64,000 nucleotides of DNA from a virus (taxonomy: Duplodnaviria; Caudoviricetes), in the IMG/VR virus record IMGVR_UViG_2901201504_000001, positions 64,001 to 128,000 of that record, one strand, 5' to 3'. The position numbers and the translations under genes were made by a program. Below are positions 1 through 9,836 of this stretch, one piece after another; the first letter of the stretch is position 1; every line of letters begins with the position of its first letter. Under the pieces are notes generated by a model that was not told the DNA's origin, made no database searches, and saw nothing but the letters and a program-made list of their open reading frames with translations.

Positions 1-1422
1 TTAAAAGAAATTATCGGGTATTGTACGAGTCTCTTGGATGCTTACAGAAAATGTTATGATCCTGCTGATTCTTATAGTGATTATGGAGGTAGTTATAACT
101 TTCATGGATGGGTATCTATTAGTTACGATTACACTCAAATAGAAGCAACTGAAGAAGTTAAAAAAGATATGCAGGAATTTGATATTAAACTAGGGGAATT
201 TGAAAAGGCTGAAGAAGAGAAAAGAAGACAAGAGTTTCAAGAATGGCAAAAACAAAGAGAATTAGAAGAAATTGAGTTTAAAAAGCAGCAAGAAGAAGAA
301 AAAAAGCAAGTTGAATTCATCTATAACAGCACTGATGTTAAAACGCTAGACGAAAATAATCAATACTTTATCATGGGTTCAGAATTTGCACATCTTAACA
401 AAAACAATACTCTTAAGCAATATAAAGAGGAAGTACTTAAAGGAGAGTACTCATTGGAAGATGTGAAGATAACAAGAGAATTACATTTTAACAGTGAGGA
501 AGCGTTAGAAAATTTCTCTAACATGTTATTAAATGATTTTGACTTTTTAAATGATACTGGAGGCAGTTTTACAGAAGATAATAGAGTGAATTCAATGACT
601 GATTTTTATAACATGGATAAAGATGAAAGAGAAACAGTTAAATGGTATTTAAAAGGTGTAGCGGTGTATTTTGATAACAAATTACAGTTTATTGTAGATG
701 CTCAAGGGTATTCATACGCTCGCTATGTAGGTCTAACTGAAAATGCAAAAATTGAGAAGTCTGTAACAGTTGAACAAATGTTAAATGATGAAGAATTGAA
801 AGAACTACAACACCAGGCGGCAATTTTAGAAGATATTTCTGTTAGTGTTATTGAAGAATTAGAGATCACTAAATCATGGAATAATGAGAGATGGAAAGAG
901 TACAAGGAAGTATTTAAAAGTAAATTAATTAAATATGAAATAGTTTTAACAAGAGAAATAATTCAACAATTAGAGATTGAAGAATTAAAAGTAAGAATGT
1001 ATAAACTACTTACTGAAGTAGAAAGCATTAGGGATCAATTTGCAGAGGCCAATATACAAAAAGGAGAACAATTAACACTATTCTATATATCTGATTGGGG
1101 CTCAATTGTAACTCAGCGATTAACTTTTGATAGTGTGGAAAATGAAAAGTATGCGCAATATAGTAATGCTGTTAGACTAACATTTACTCCAGAAAAGAAA
1201 CGTAAATTGCATTATAAACACTTCTATTCTACATTGTTAGTTTATAAAGGATGGCACAAGCTACCCAATACAGTTTTAAACCATGTAGAAGAAAAGAACA
1301 GTATGAGAATAACAAGAAGTAAATATCATTCATGTGATAAAAAACAATATGATGAAATTCTAACATATTTTGATCAACACGATATAAGACCGATTGTAAA
1401 CACTTATAAACCACAATTCTAA
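1..1422 (+). CDS. Large hypothetical phage protein, 5' end outside the window
   Basis: Frame is open from base 1 through the track ORF 34..1422; acidic coiled-coil segment. Confidence 0.8.
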   Translation, partial: LKEIIGYCTSLLDAYRKCYDPADSYSDYGGSYNFHGWVSISYDYTQIEATEEVKKDMQEFDIKLGEFEKAEEEKRRQEFQEWQKQRELEEIEFKKQQEEEKKQVEFIYNSTDVKTLDENNQYFIMGSEFAHLNKNNTLKQYKEEVLKGEYSLEDVKITRELHFNSEEALENFSNMLLNDFDFLNDTGGSFTEDNRVNSMTDFYNMDKDERETVKWYLKGVAVYFDNKLQFIVDAQGYSYARYVGLTENAKIEKSVTVEQMLNDEELKELQHQAAILEDISVSVIEELEITKSWNNERWKEYKEVFKSKLIKYEIVLTREIIQQLEIEELKVRMYKLLTEVESIRDQFAEANIQKGEQLTLFYISDWGSIVTQRLTFDSVENEKYAQYSNAVRLTFTPEKKRKLHYKHFYSTLLVYKGWHKLPNTVLNHVEEKNSMRITRSKYHSCDKKQYDEILTYFDQHDIRPIVNTYKPQF

Positions 1423-1494
1423 TATAACAACAAGGCTGCAGTTTTCCAAGGTTCTGCATAACAAAAACCTTTGATTATTCCAGGAGGTAATATA

Positions 1495-3105
1495 ATGTTA
1501 AATAATCCAGATTTTTATCCGACTCCAATAAACTTGATTCATAAAATGTTAGGAAAGTTAGATTTCAGATACATAAAATCAGTTTTAGAGCCAAGTGGAG
1601 GCAAAGGAGACTTATTGGAAGCTATAACAAAGCAGTTTTCATATAACAGTCGTAATAGTAAAAAACAGTCATATGATATTGATACAATCGAAATAGATGA
1701 GAATTTACAGCACATTCTGAAAGGTAAAGGTTTCAGGCTAGTACATGATGATTTTTTAACTTATCAATCTTTCAAACGTTATAGTGCTATTATTGCAAAT
1801 TTTCCTTTTTCTCAAGGCGATAAACATCTGTTAAAGGCCATAGAAATGCAGTCAAACGGTGGGGAAATAGTAGCTTTGATTAACGCTGAAACATTGATGA
1901 ATCCATACAGTAACACAAGAAAAGAACTGGTTCAGAAGCTAACAGACTTAAATGCTGAAGTAGAATATATAGAATCTGCTTTTATAAATTCTGATCGCTC
2001 TACAAATGTAACAGTTGCCTTAATTTACATATCAATATCGAAAAATGAATATAACAGCGTGATACTTAACGAACTGAAGAAAGAAGAACTACAAGAATCT
2101 AATAATCAATATAACAGTCGTGAGCTAGTTGATTCGGATTTTATAAAAGGAATTGTACAACAGTATAATTATGAAGTAAAAGCCGGTTTAAAGCTCATAG
2201 AAGAGTATAACAGCCTTACTCCGTACATGTTGCAGAGTTTTAAGGATAACAGCTCGCCTGTATTAAAATTGACACTAGATTACAATGATGAGAGTAGCAG
2301 CTTAGAAAATTCATATATAAAAAGAATCAGAGCGAAATACTGGAATGCATTATTTTCTAATGATCAATTTATGGGACTGTTTACAAGTAATTTGAAGCAG
2401 AAGTATTTAGAGCAAGTTGAGGAATTAAAGGACTATGACTTTTCTTTCTATAACATTTACACTTTAAGAATTCAAATTAGTAAAGAAATGGTACAAGGTG
2501 TAGAAGATACAATACTGAGTCTTTTTGAAGAGTTCAGCCATAAACATTATTATGATGAATCATCAAAAAACATCCATTTATATAACGGTTGGAAAACTAA
2601 CAAATCATATAAGATTAATAAAAAAGTAATTATCCCTTTAAATGGTTTTAATGGTTGGTTTGATAGAGCGTATCGCCCTACTGACTACAGGGTATCAGAC
2701 AAATTAAAGGACATAGAGAAAGTATTTAACTATTTAGATGACGGACAAACTGAAGAAATTGATATAGCAGATACTTTAAAAATGGCCGAACATTATCAGG
2801 AATCAAGAAAAATTGATCTTAAATATTTCTATATTACATTCTATAAAAAGGGAACTTGTCATATTGAATTTAAGAATATGGAACTTTTACATAAATTTAA
2901 CCTCTATGGATCGCAGCGTAAAGGATGGCTTCCTCCTTCATACGGGAATGTTAAATACAGTGATATGACAAGTGAAGAAAGAGAAGTAATTAATCAATTT
3001 GAAGGTGAGAAATCATATAGCAGAGTTGTTAGTAATAAAGCTTATTACATTGTTGAATCAGGGGATATATTAAAACTTACAGGAGGAAATCAAAAGGCTG
3101 TATAA
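1495..3105 (+). CDS. SAM-dependent (probably adenine DNA) methyltransferase with DUF4942-like C-terminus
   Basis: DFYPTP, VLEPSGGKG (motif I), NFPF at motif IV, C-terminal FYKKGTCHIEF; RBS GGAGGT before ATG 1495. Confidence 0.8.
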   Translation: MLNNPDFYPTPINLIHKMLGKLDFRYIKSVLEPSGGKGDLLEAITKQFSYNSRNSKKQSYDIDTIEIDENLQHILKGKGFRLVHDDFLTYQSFKRYSAIIANFPFSQGDKHLLKAIEMQSNGGEIVALINAETLMNPYSNTRKELVQKLTDLNAEVEYIESAFINSDRSTNVTVALIYISISKNEYNSVILNELKKEELQESNNQYNSRELVDSDFIKGIVQQYNYEVKAGLKLIEEYNSLTPYMLQSFKDNSSPVLKLTLDYNDESSSLENSYIKRIRAKYWNALFSNDQFMGLFTSNLKQKYLEQVEELKDYDFSFYNIYTLRIQISKEMVQGVEDTILSLFEEFSHKHYYDESSKNIHLYNGWKTNKSYKINKKVIIPLNGFNGWFDRAYRPTDYRVSDKLKDIEKVFNYLDDGQTEEIDIADTLKMAEHYQESRKIDLKYFYITFYKKGTCHIEFKNMELLHKFNLYGSQRKGWLPPSYGNVKYSDMTSEEREVINQFEGEKSYSRVVSNKAYYIVESGDILKLTGGNQKAV

Positions 3106-3485
3106 CAGAACTTGAAATTTATTGCTGAGTTATATGGAGTATTTAAAAATAAATTAATTCAAAAATAAATATTCCGTATAACAACAAACTTTTTTTCGAG
3201 CATGGACTTTTTAAAGAAATAAATTCATGGACTATAGAAACCTTAATTTTCTATATAACAGCTAGTCATTTTTAGAGCTGGCTCAATTTGAAGGGATGTG
3301 AAAAAGGAATGGAGAGAATAAAATGCTTATTTTATGATAACATCTACGTTATTTCATTTTTCGTTATGTTAGTCGTATTTAATATCATGATTATTTTTTC
3401 ACTAACAAAGTAATACATTTCATAAGGAAATCAACTAATAAAAATTCTCATATTTTTCTAAAATTGTGTTATGATAGTATAAGTT

Positions 3486-3785
3486 TTGAAAGAAAAGGAA
3501 TGGACTTATCTCATGCTTATAGTATTTACTATTTATTTATGTATTGGTCTGGTCATAGGTTATTACAGAATTAAAGATATTGATGATGTAATCGATGATT
3601 ATGAAAATGGCGAAGAAATGATGGATGAAGAATTACAGTTGTTAAATAGTTTATCTGAATTAAATAATACTGTGGGAGGTAAATCTTCTTTAGTTGTTTT
3701 TTACGTGGTACATGCTTTATTTTGGTTACCAATGGAATCAAGCTACTATTATAAAAAATTGATAAATTTCTTTAAGAAAGAGTAA
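3486..3785 (+). CDS. Hypothetical membrane protein
   Basis: Two hydrophobic segments; start may be the ATG at 3513. Confidence 0.65.
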   Translation: MKEKEWTYLMLIVFTIYLCIGLVIGYYRIKDIDDVIDDYENGEEMMDEELQLLNSLSELNNTVGGKSSLVVFYVVHALFWLPMESSYYYKKLINFFKKE

Positions 3786-3811
3786 TAAACAAGACAGAAG
3801 GGATTATTGTC

Positions 3812-3997
3812 ATGGCAACTATAAATTTCTACGATGACTTACTAGATCATTATGTACTATATGAAAATAATTACAATAGATGTAAAAGTATGATAACTAG
3901 TGCGTTTAAGTATAAATACATAACAGAAGAGGAGTATAAGTACTTAATAAATAAGTTGAATGTCAAACATGAGGAAATGATTGAAGCGAATAAATAA
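3812..3997 (+). CDS. Hypothetical protein
   Basis: ORF with RBS AAGGGA; no MazE-like features. Confidence 0.6.
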   Translation: MATINFYDDLLDHYVLYENNYNRCKSMITSAFKYKYITEEEYKYLINKLNVKHEEMIEANK

Positions 3998-4022
3998 AGA
4001 TTAAATAATTTAAAAAATAATC

Positions 4023-4051
4023 TTGCGCACATTTCCAACTAGTGGTAAAAT
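4023..4051 (+). promoter_or_regulatory. sigmaA-type promoter upstream of mazF
   Basis: TTGCGC-17 bp-TAAAAT with extended TG. Confidence 0.6.
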
Positions 4052-4100
4052 GTAGTTAATAAGAAAAGATAATTAAATAAACTAAATTTATAGAAAAGGT

Positions 4101-4460
4101 GTGATTGATATGATGAATGTGAAACGAGGTGATATTTACCTCGCAGACCTATCACCAGTGGTTGGATCAGAACAAGGAGGTTTGCGTCCGGTATTAATTA
4201 TTCAAAACGATATTGGCAATAGGTATAGTCCAACTGTAATTGTAGCTGCAATCACTTCTCAAATCCAAAAAGCAAAGCTTCCGACTCATGTTGAAGTAAG
4301 TAAGAGATACGGTGTAGAAAAAGATTCAGTTATTTTAGGTGAGCAGATGCGTACAATTGATAAGAAAAGATTAACAACAAATAAATTAGGCCATCTAGAC
4401 GATTACATAATGGAAAAGGTTGATATAGCAATACAAGTGAGCGTTGGGCTAGTTGGTTGA
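4101..4460 (+). CDS. mazF: MazF/PemK (NdoA/EndoA-like) endoribonuclease toxin, no adjacent antitoxin
   Basis: [58 protein letters not shown] closely resembles B. subtilis NdoA; catalytic Arg and Thr present. Confidence 0.95.
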   Translation: MIDMMNVKRGDIYLADLSPVVGSEQGGLRPVLIIQNDIGNRYSPTVIVAAITSQIQKAKLPTHVEVSKRYGVEKDSVILGEQMRTIDKKRLTTNKLGHLDDYIMEKVDIAIQVSVGLVG

Positions 4461-4639
4461 TATATAGGGTAAGTTAGTAATTTACTAGACTAGATGACAA
4501 GTGAGGAAAGTGATTTTTATAAGCAACAAGGATAATGAACAAAAGGAAATGGAATACTTTGAGACGGTAGAAGATATTATTAAATTCTATCAAAAAGACA
4601 ATAAGTGTTGAAATGTAAATTTTATTAAATTTATAAGAG

Positions 4640-4840
4640 GTGAATGAAATGTTTAAACTATGTTGGATTAAGAAGAACTCTTGGGGCGAAACGGGAGGGT
4701 ATGGATGTTGTACCAAGCATGATACGATTGAAGAAATAATTAAAATTATGTCTAAATGTATCTACAATGGGGAATGGATTGAAGATAAAAATGGAAATAA
4801 ACTGGATATAGATTTAAGTAAAGTAGCAATAACAAGATAA
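4640..4840 (+). CDS. Hypothetical protein
   Basis: RBS GAGGTG; stop overlaps palindrome at 4837. Confidence 0.6.
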   Translation: MNEMFKLCWIKKNSWGETGGYGCCTKHDTIEEIIKIMSKCIYNGEWIEDKNGNKLDIDLSKVAITR

Positions 4841-4865
4841 AATATTTCTATTAAAGGAGTAGAAC

Positions 4866-5057
4866 ATGGAGAATAATATGAAATTAGTACATGCATTAAG
4901 TGATAATTTGGATAGATTAAAAGTTTTTAGCACAGGATATACTACCGGTAATAAAAGTGCCTTATTAGTTAGCTTTGAAGGTAATGTGTATAAAATAGAT
5001 ATTCAAAAAGTTCAAGAAGGTGAAGTTGATATAGATATAGTTGATACTTACCTGTAA
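4866..5057 (+). CDS. Hypothetical protein
   Basis: RBS AAGGAG; lies between palindromes 4837 and 5063. Confidence 0.7.
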   Translation: MENNMKLVHALSDNLDRLKVFSTGYTTGNKSALLVSFEGNVYKIDIQKVQEGEVDIDIVDTYL

Positions 5058-5193
5058 ATCAAATAAAAGAAGTCTTTCAATGGCTTTTAACGATGCTTAT
5101 AACTTATTAAAACTAAATTAATTAATAATATAGTTATAAGTATTATTTAACAGCTATGTGAGACAAATTTATAAATTCTTAGGAGGAGAATAA

Positions 5194-5988
5194 ATGGTTA
5201 AAAGTAAAGAAAGAAGTGAGCAGTTAAGCGCTACTACGACTGAAGAAAATTTAATGGTTTTAGTCGAAAGTCGTACTATGAGGGATCAGCATGTCTATAG
5301 GGATGAAATACTTGAGAAAGTAAAATCAGTTGCATCATTAACAGATAATTTCGAAATGACATTGCAGATGGCAGCGGATTATTATGAAGTGGGTTTTGAA
5401 GCAATAAAATCTCTTATTAAGCGAAATCGAAACGAATTTAATGAATATGCTGAATTACGAATTTTAAAAGGGAAAGTGCTTAAAGAATTTAAAGCTCAAG
5501 TTCAGCTTGAACCCGACCTTAAAACAGCACCATCGTTGACATTGATTAATCGTAGAGGTTTATTACGAATAGGAATGCTTCTTACAGAATCAGATGTTGC
5601 GAAAACAGTCAGAAATTATTTGCTTAATGTTGAGGAAGTTTCAACAGATGAACAGAAAAGATGGGCTGTAGAAAGGGAAATTAGTAAACGTGAAAGAAGA
5701 CAACTAACAGATGCAATTCAAGAGTTCTATTCTGGTACTCTAAAAGAAGGCATGGAGTATGCTACATTTACAAATTTAGTTTATAAAGTGATTTTTGATA
5801 TGAACGCTACTCAATTAAAAGCCCTCTATGAATTAGGTAAGAATGAGCCTTTACGTGATTCATTTACTACAGAAGATTTACGAAAGGTTGTAAAAGCAGA
5901 GAAAACAATTTCGGTATTGTTATTACTTGGGAAGGACTACAGTGAAATTAAATCTGAGCTTTTAGCTAACGCAGAAAAGTATCAATAA
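5194..5988 (+). CDS. Phage antirepressor-like DNA-binding protein
   Basis: AADYYEV...IKSLIKRN and LLRIGMLLTESDVAKTVR segments typical of phage regulatory proteins; strong RBS AGGAGG. Confidence 0.6.
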   Translation: MVKSKERSEQLSATTTEENLMVLVESRTMRDQHVYRDEILEKVKSVASLTDNFEMTLQMAADYYEVGFEAIKSLIKRNRNEFNEYAELRILKGKVLKEFKAQVQLEPDLKTAPSLTLINRRGLLRIGMLLTESDVAKTVRNYLLNVEEVSTDEQKRWAVEREISKRERRQLTDAIQEFYSGTLKEGMEYATFTNLVYKVIFDMNATQLKALYELGKNEPLRDSFTTEDLRKVVKAEKTISVLLLLGKDYSEIKSELLANAEKYQ

Positions 5989-6056
5989 GCATTATACGGC
6001 AAGTTGGATAATCTGCTTCTGATTTGCCGTAGACAATGATCTATAGGAGGTATTTT

Positions 6057-6302
6057 ATGAATTATAAAGATATCTTAGATGATGAAGGAGAAATCTTTGT
6101 TGCTGGCCAGTGGTTTAAAGCTGAAGATTTTCAAGAAGTACAAAGTGCTCAGAATGAAGAAGTTGAAACAAATACATATAGCACTGACGAGCTACTAGAT
6201 CAATATAGGGATTACATGACATTACATAAGATGTTTGATGATATAGAGTATAAGGAAGCTGCTGAGAGCGTTATAAGACAGTTAAGAAGTAAATTAGTAT
6301 AA
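6057..6302 (+). CDS. Hypothetical phage protein
   Basis: RBS AGGAGG before ATG 6057. Confidence 0.7.
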   Translation: MNYKDILDDEGEIFVAGQWFKAEDFQEVQSAQNEEVETNTYSTDELLDQYRDYMTLHKMFDDIEYKEAAESVIRQLRSKLV

Positions 6303-6532
6303 AATTAAGGATTTTAAGAAACATGTACTTAGATATTACGGAAATTGGATAACGGATGAAGAAATACAAATATCTCTAGAGATTGCAATATGCATTTTTG
6401 AAGGTGAACAAATTTTTGTAGTGGATGCTCCATTATGTATACATGCAACTGCTTATTTAGATGAACATCTGATACAATATTATTAGTTGGAAATAAACGA
6501 ATAAAACAAGTCTTTTATTTGGAGGTAATAAA

Positions 6533-6844
6533 ATGAGCCTAAGAGTTGAATTAGAGAAGTACATATATCAAAGCAATGAATCGTTATTAAATATATTTAA
6601 GAATGACCTTAAAGGAGAAGAGTATTTTAACGATTTTATCAAATTGCTAAAGGAAGAGTTAAAATCTCATGAATTATTTAACGATGTTTCTTTATCTAAA
6701 TTCAAAAATGGTATAGAAGGTGAAAATAGTTTCATTAGGTTTATGTCATTGATTAGATCAGTATTTGTCCCAGAAGAAGTGACTGCAATGTCAAAAGAAC
6801 ATTTTAATAGAATACAAGAAGAAATCAAAGGCATTTTAGAATAA
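6533..6844 (+). CDS. Hypothetical protein
   Basis: RBS GGAGG; bounded by palindromes 6501 and 6841. Confidence 0.7.
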   Translation: MSLRVELEKYIYQSNESLLNIFKNDLKGEEYFNDFIKLLKEELKSHELFNDVSLSKFKNGIEGENSFIRFMSLIRSVFVPEEVTAMSKEHFNRIQEEIKGILE

Positions 6845-6874
6845 ATCGAATATTTTAATTGGAGGAAGATTATT

Positions 6875-7426
6875 TTGACTGATAGAGAAAATGCTATTGA
6901 GAACATAATGAATTTTTTAGAAGATAAAGAGAAAAGAATATTATTAATTAGAGGTTATGATAACAAGGCTAAGATTAGAGCTTCTCTTTCTTGTTTGAAT
7001 AGGGTGTTTAGCAAGGGAATCATAAGAACAGGTTTAATGTCTGATATTTCAGATCATATTAATTGTGCTTTTAATAGAGATATTTTACCTCATCAAGTCA
7101 AATCGACAACAAGTTATAAAATAGGGAAGATGAATGTTAGGATCAATAGTTATGTAAATCATACACAATCTAATCCAAAAGGAAATGAAAATACGTTTAC
7201 TTTATTTTTGCCTGTAGAAAACGTATTGAAAAAGGATAGTAGGTATAATGATTTTATAGATGATTTAAATAATTCTGGTTCAGCTAAAGTTATTCTTATT
7301 ACCACTAATGAATGGGGAATAAATAATTGGGATATTGAAGCTCATGTTGATGAAGTTTTCTTTTATAAAGTAGAAAACGATAATCCGCAACTAATGAGTA
7401 ATCTAAGAAATAACGGTGCATTATAG
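6875..7426 (+). CDS. Hypothetical protein, possibly degenerate P-loop/Abi-like
   Basis: ILLIRGYDNKAK resembles a degenerate Walker A; RBS GGAGG. Confidence 0.55.
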   Translation: MTDRENAIENIMNFLEDKEKRILLIRGYDNKAKIRASLSCLNRVFSKGIIRTGLMSDISDHINCAFNRDILPHQVKSTTSYKIGKMNVRINSYVNHTQSNPKGNENTFTLFLPVENVLKKDSRYNDFIDDLNNSGSAKVILITTNEWGINNWDIEAHVDEVFFYKVENDNPQLMSNLRNNGAL

Positions 7427-7473
7427 GGAGTTTAAAGTAGTACAAGTAAATAAAATGACAAAATTAAAATGAA

Positions 7474-7656
7474 ATGGTGGGAGTTTCTATGTTAACTAAA
7501 GTTATGACTGAAGAAGAAATGCAACAATATGCCAATGAAAAAGAGGGTTATGAGGTTGAGTTTTTACCAGAGTATGCATTGAAATTAGGATATGAAGCAA
7601 CATTAGAAGAAGATTCAATTGGTGAAGAATACTATATTTTTAACAAGATAAAATAA
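7474..7656 (+). CDS. Hypothetical acidic protein
   Basis: Likely start ATG 7489 after GGGAG; ends in palindrome 7648. Confidence 0.55.
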   Translation: MVGVSMLTKVMTEEEMQQYANEKEGYEVEFLPEYALKLGYEATLEEDSIGEEYYIFNKIK

Positions 7657-7780
7657 CTATTTCATAAGTAGTTCATAAATAAAATCACCTTAAATATTTT
7701 CTTAAAATTATCACTTGAAATTTTATATCAAATAGTTTGAAATATATGTAGAATGTTTGTTTGTATAATTATGAAAAGAG

Positions 7781-8623
7781 GTGATGTCTTTGTGGAATGC
7801 CAAAATATTTATGGAGAAGTTTAAAAGTTGTTTGGCTTTTTCAGCAACTTTAGGTGGTTTTCTTTTAATATTTTATCCTCCTGGTGATCTTGATACTAAA
7901 CGAGGAATAGCTGCAGTAGTTGCGTTTATTATTGCGAATGTCTTAGCCGCAATAATTTTAGCAAAGCCAAAGAAAAAAATAAGTTTGGATATTTCGAAAA
8001 AGGTCAAGTTAAATATATTTTACGGTGACATATTTGATTCATCGTCAAATATTGTAATTCCCGTAAATGAATACTTTGATACGCTCGTAGACAATGTTCC
8101 TGATACTGTTATTTCAAGCAGAACACTACATGGTAAATTTGTTAAGCTGATTTATGGTGGTAACGTTGCTGAATTAGATGTTGCGATTGAAAATGCATTA
8201 AGCAGTGTTGATTGTAACATTAACCCCACTAGGAAGAAAGGTAAAACTAAAAAGTACAACATCGGTCAAACTATATGCATTAGTAAGGACGGTAAGAAAT
8301 ACAGTCTATTAGCATTTAGTAAGTTCGATGAATACAATAAAGCCTATCTGTCCAAAAAGAACTATCAGTTGGTAATACAAGATTTATTTGACCATCTCCA
8401 TGTTATTTCGCAAGGTGAAGAAGTAAACATGCCATTAATCGGAGCTGGTCAATCTGGAATCAACTTAACCAAGCAAGAACTTTTAGAGTACTTAATCTTC
8501 TCACTAAAAATGTGCGATGATCTTACATTAAGTGGAGGAATTAATATCGTATTGCATGAAAGCTTAAGAAAAGAACTTGATTTAAACAAAATTGAGTTTA
8601 TTTCAAAAAGAGGAGGATTTTAA
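7781..8623 (+). CDS. thsA: Thoeris type II effector ThsA (two TM helices plus macro domain)
   Basis: N-terminal TMs, then FYGDIF...VIPVNEYFDT...HG...MPLIGAG macro motifs; adjacent TIR gene. Confidence 0.85.
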   Translation: MMSLWNAKIFMEKFKSCLAFSATLGGFLLIFYPPGDLDTKRGIAAVVAFIIANVLAAIILAKPKKKISLDISKKVKLNIFYGDIFDSSSNIVIPVNEYFDTLVDNVPDTVISSRTLHGKFVKLIYGGNVAELDVAIENALSSVDCNINPTRKKGKTKKYNIGQTICISKDGKKYSLLAFSKFDEYNKAYLSKKNYQLVIQDLFDHLHVISQGEEVNMPLIGAGQSGINLTKQELLEYLIFSLKMCDDLTLSGGINIVLHESLRKELDLNKIEFISKRGGF

Positions 8624-8624
8624 A

Positions 8625-9179
8625 ATGGCATACAGAAATGGAACATACGTGGCGTTCAATGGGTGTGGTACAACGAATCCAACAGAAAGTGATATGAAAT
8701 ATTATGGATTATTGCAAAAATGGAATAAAGAATACGGGGCAGATTTAAATTTCAGCGATAGTCACGATAAAACATACAGTGTACGAGATTCTAGTAAAAC
8801 AGAAACATTGAAACGAAGATTGCTTGAAAGGTTGAAGAATTCAAAACATATAGTACTTATCGTTACTGAAAATTCAAGTTGGAATCGAGGTCTTCTTAAT
8901 TGGGAAATTGAAAAAGCGGTTGAGCAATATAAAATCCCATTGATTGTTGCACATACTACTTGTTCTGGATTTATATCGAGCCCTAAGCAATTAGCCCATT
9001 TGTTACCAGAGGAATTTAAGAACCAAGTGGCTAAAGGAAATATTAAAGCTATCCACGTTCCGTTTAGGAAAAGAGCAATTGGCGCAGCAATTCGTCAATT
9101 TGGTATCAATAATCAAATTCCAGATACAGCTTTTGACTATTATATTCAAAAAGCATATATTGATTGGGATTACAGATAA
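8625..9179 (+). CDS. thsB: Thoeris ThsB TIR-domain protein (DUF1863-like)
   Basis: MAYRNGTYVAF...FSDSHD...RDSS...ERLKNSK...LNWEIEKA (catalytic Glu); RBS AGGAGG before ATG 8625. Confidence 0.88.
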   Translation: MAYRNGTYVAFNGCGTTNPTESDMKYYGLLQKWNKEYGADLNFSDSHDKTYSVRDSSKTETLKRRLLERLKNSKHIVLIVTENSSWNRGLLNWEIEKAVEQYKIPLIVAHTTCSGFISSPKQLAHLLPEEFKNQVAKGNIKAIHVPFRKRAIGAAIRQFGINNQIPDTAFDYYIQKAYIDWDYR

Positions 9180-9286
9180 AAGATTGCTTTTATAATAGAG
9201 ATTACATTAAATATAGAGCGAGTTATTACAACAAGACATGCTTCATCGCTCTTAGTTATTACATTACGAAACTAGGAGGGATTTTC

Positions 9287-9466
9287 ATGAGAGCAAGTGG
9301 GGTTAGATTAAGAACAATAGGTGCTATACCTTGTTCTGGCATTAAACATAGAAGTACAATTATTAATGATTTAAAGAGACAGTTTGGGAAGGTAAGGATA
9401 AATATTTGTGATGATCTAGTAATGTATGAAGTAAGTGAAGAAAAAGAAAGTAATTTTTTAAATTAA
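9287..9466 (+). CDS. Hypothetical protein
   Basis: RBS AGGAGG before ATG 9287 (track start 9164 is too long). Confidence 0.6.
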   Translation: MRASGVRLRTIGAIPCSGIKHRSTIINDLKRQFGKVRINICDDLVMYEVSEEKESNFLN

Positions 9467-9491
9467 AAAGTAAATTAATATAAAAAACCTA

Positions 9492-9520
9492 TTGACTACA
9501 GATAATATTTTCTATATAAT
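9492..9520 (+). promoter_or_regulatory. sigmaA promoter for the aimR operon
   Basis: TTGACT-17 bp-TATAAT. Confidence 0.75.
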
Positions 9521-9572
9521 TCTAAATATAGGAAATAAATAGAAAATAGTTGATGTGGTGAGGTGCTGAGTA

Positions 9573-9812
9573 TTGGAGAGTTGTAAACAGCTATATCAGA
9601 TAGATGGTAGTATTGCTGCTATCATATCATTCCCAATTAATGAATCAAATGTGGATCTTGCATTAAAAACTTTGAATTTAACAGAAGAAGAATTAACAGA
9701 AGATTTTTACGATTTATGCACTAAAAACAAATTAATAATTAAAGATGTAAAGAAATTCAATTGTTCTTACAGAAAATCCTATATGAAAATATTAACTGAT
9801 TCGATTTCATAA
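9573..9812 (+). CDS. Hypothetical protein upstream of aimR
   Basis: RBS GAGGTG. Confidence 0.6.
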   Translation: MESCKQLYQIDGSIAAIISFPINESNVDLALKTLNLTEEELTEDFYDLCTKNKLIIKDVKKFNCSYRKSYMKILTDSIS

Positions 9813-9836
9813 GGCAAAAAAGAGAGGGGTTATCTT

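Noticed and set aside
1423-3262. Recurrent TATAACA near 1423, 3101, 3177 and 3254
   Set aside because: Too short and AT-rich to support without statistics
3812-3997. Antitoxin for MazF
   Set aside because: No RHH or MazE-like motif, and a promoter lies between it and mazF; not fully excluded
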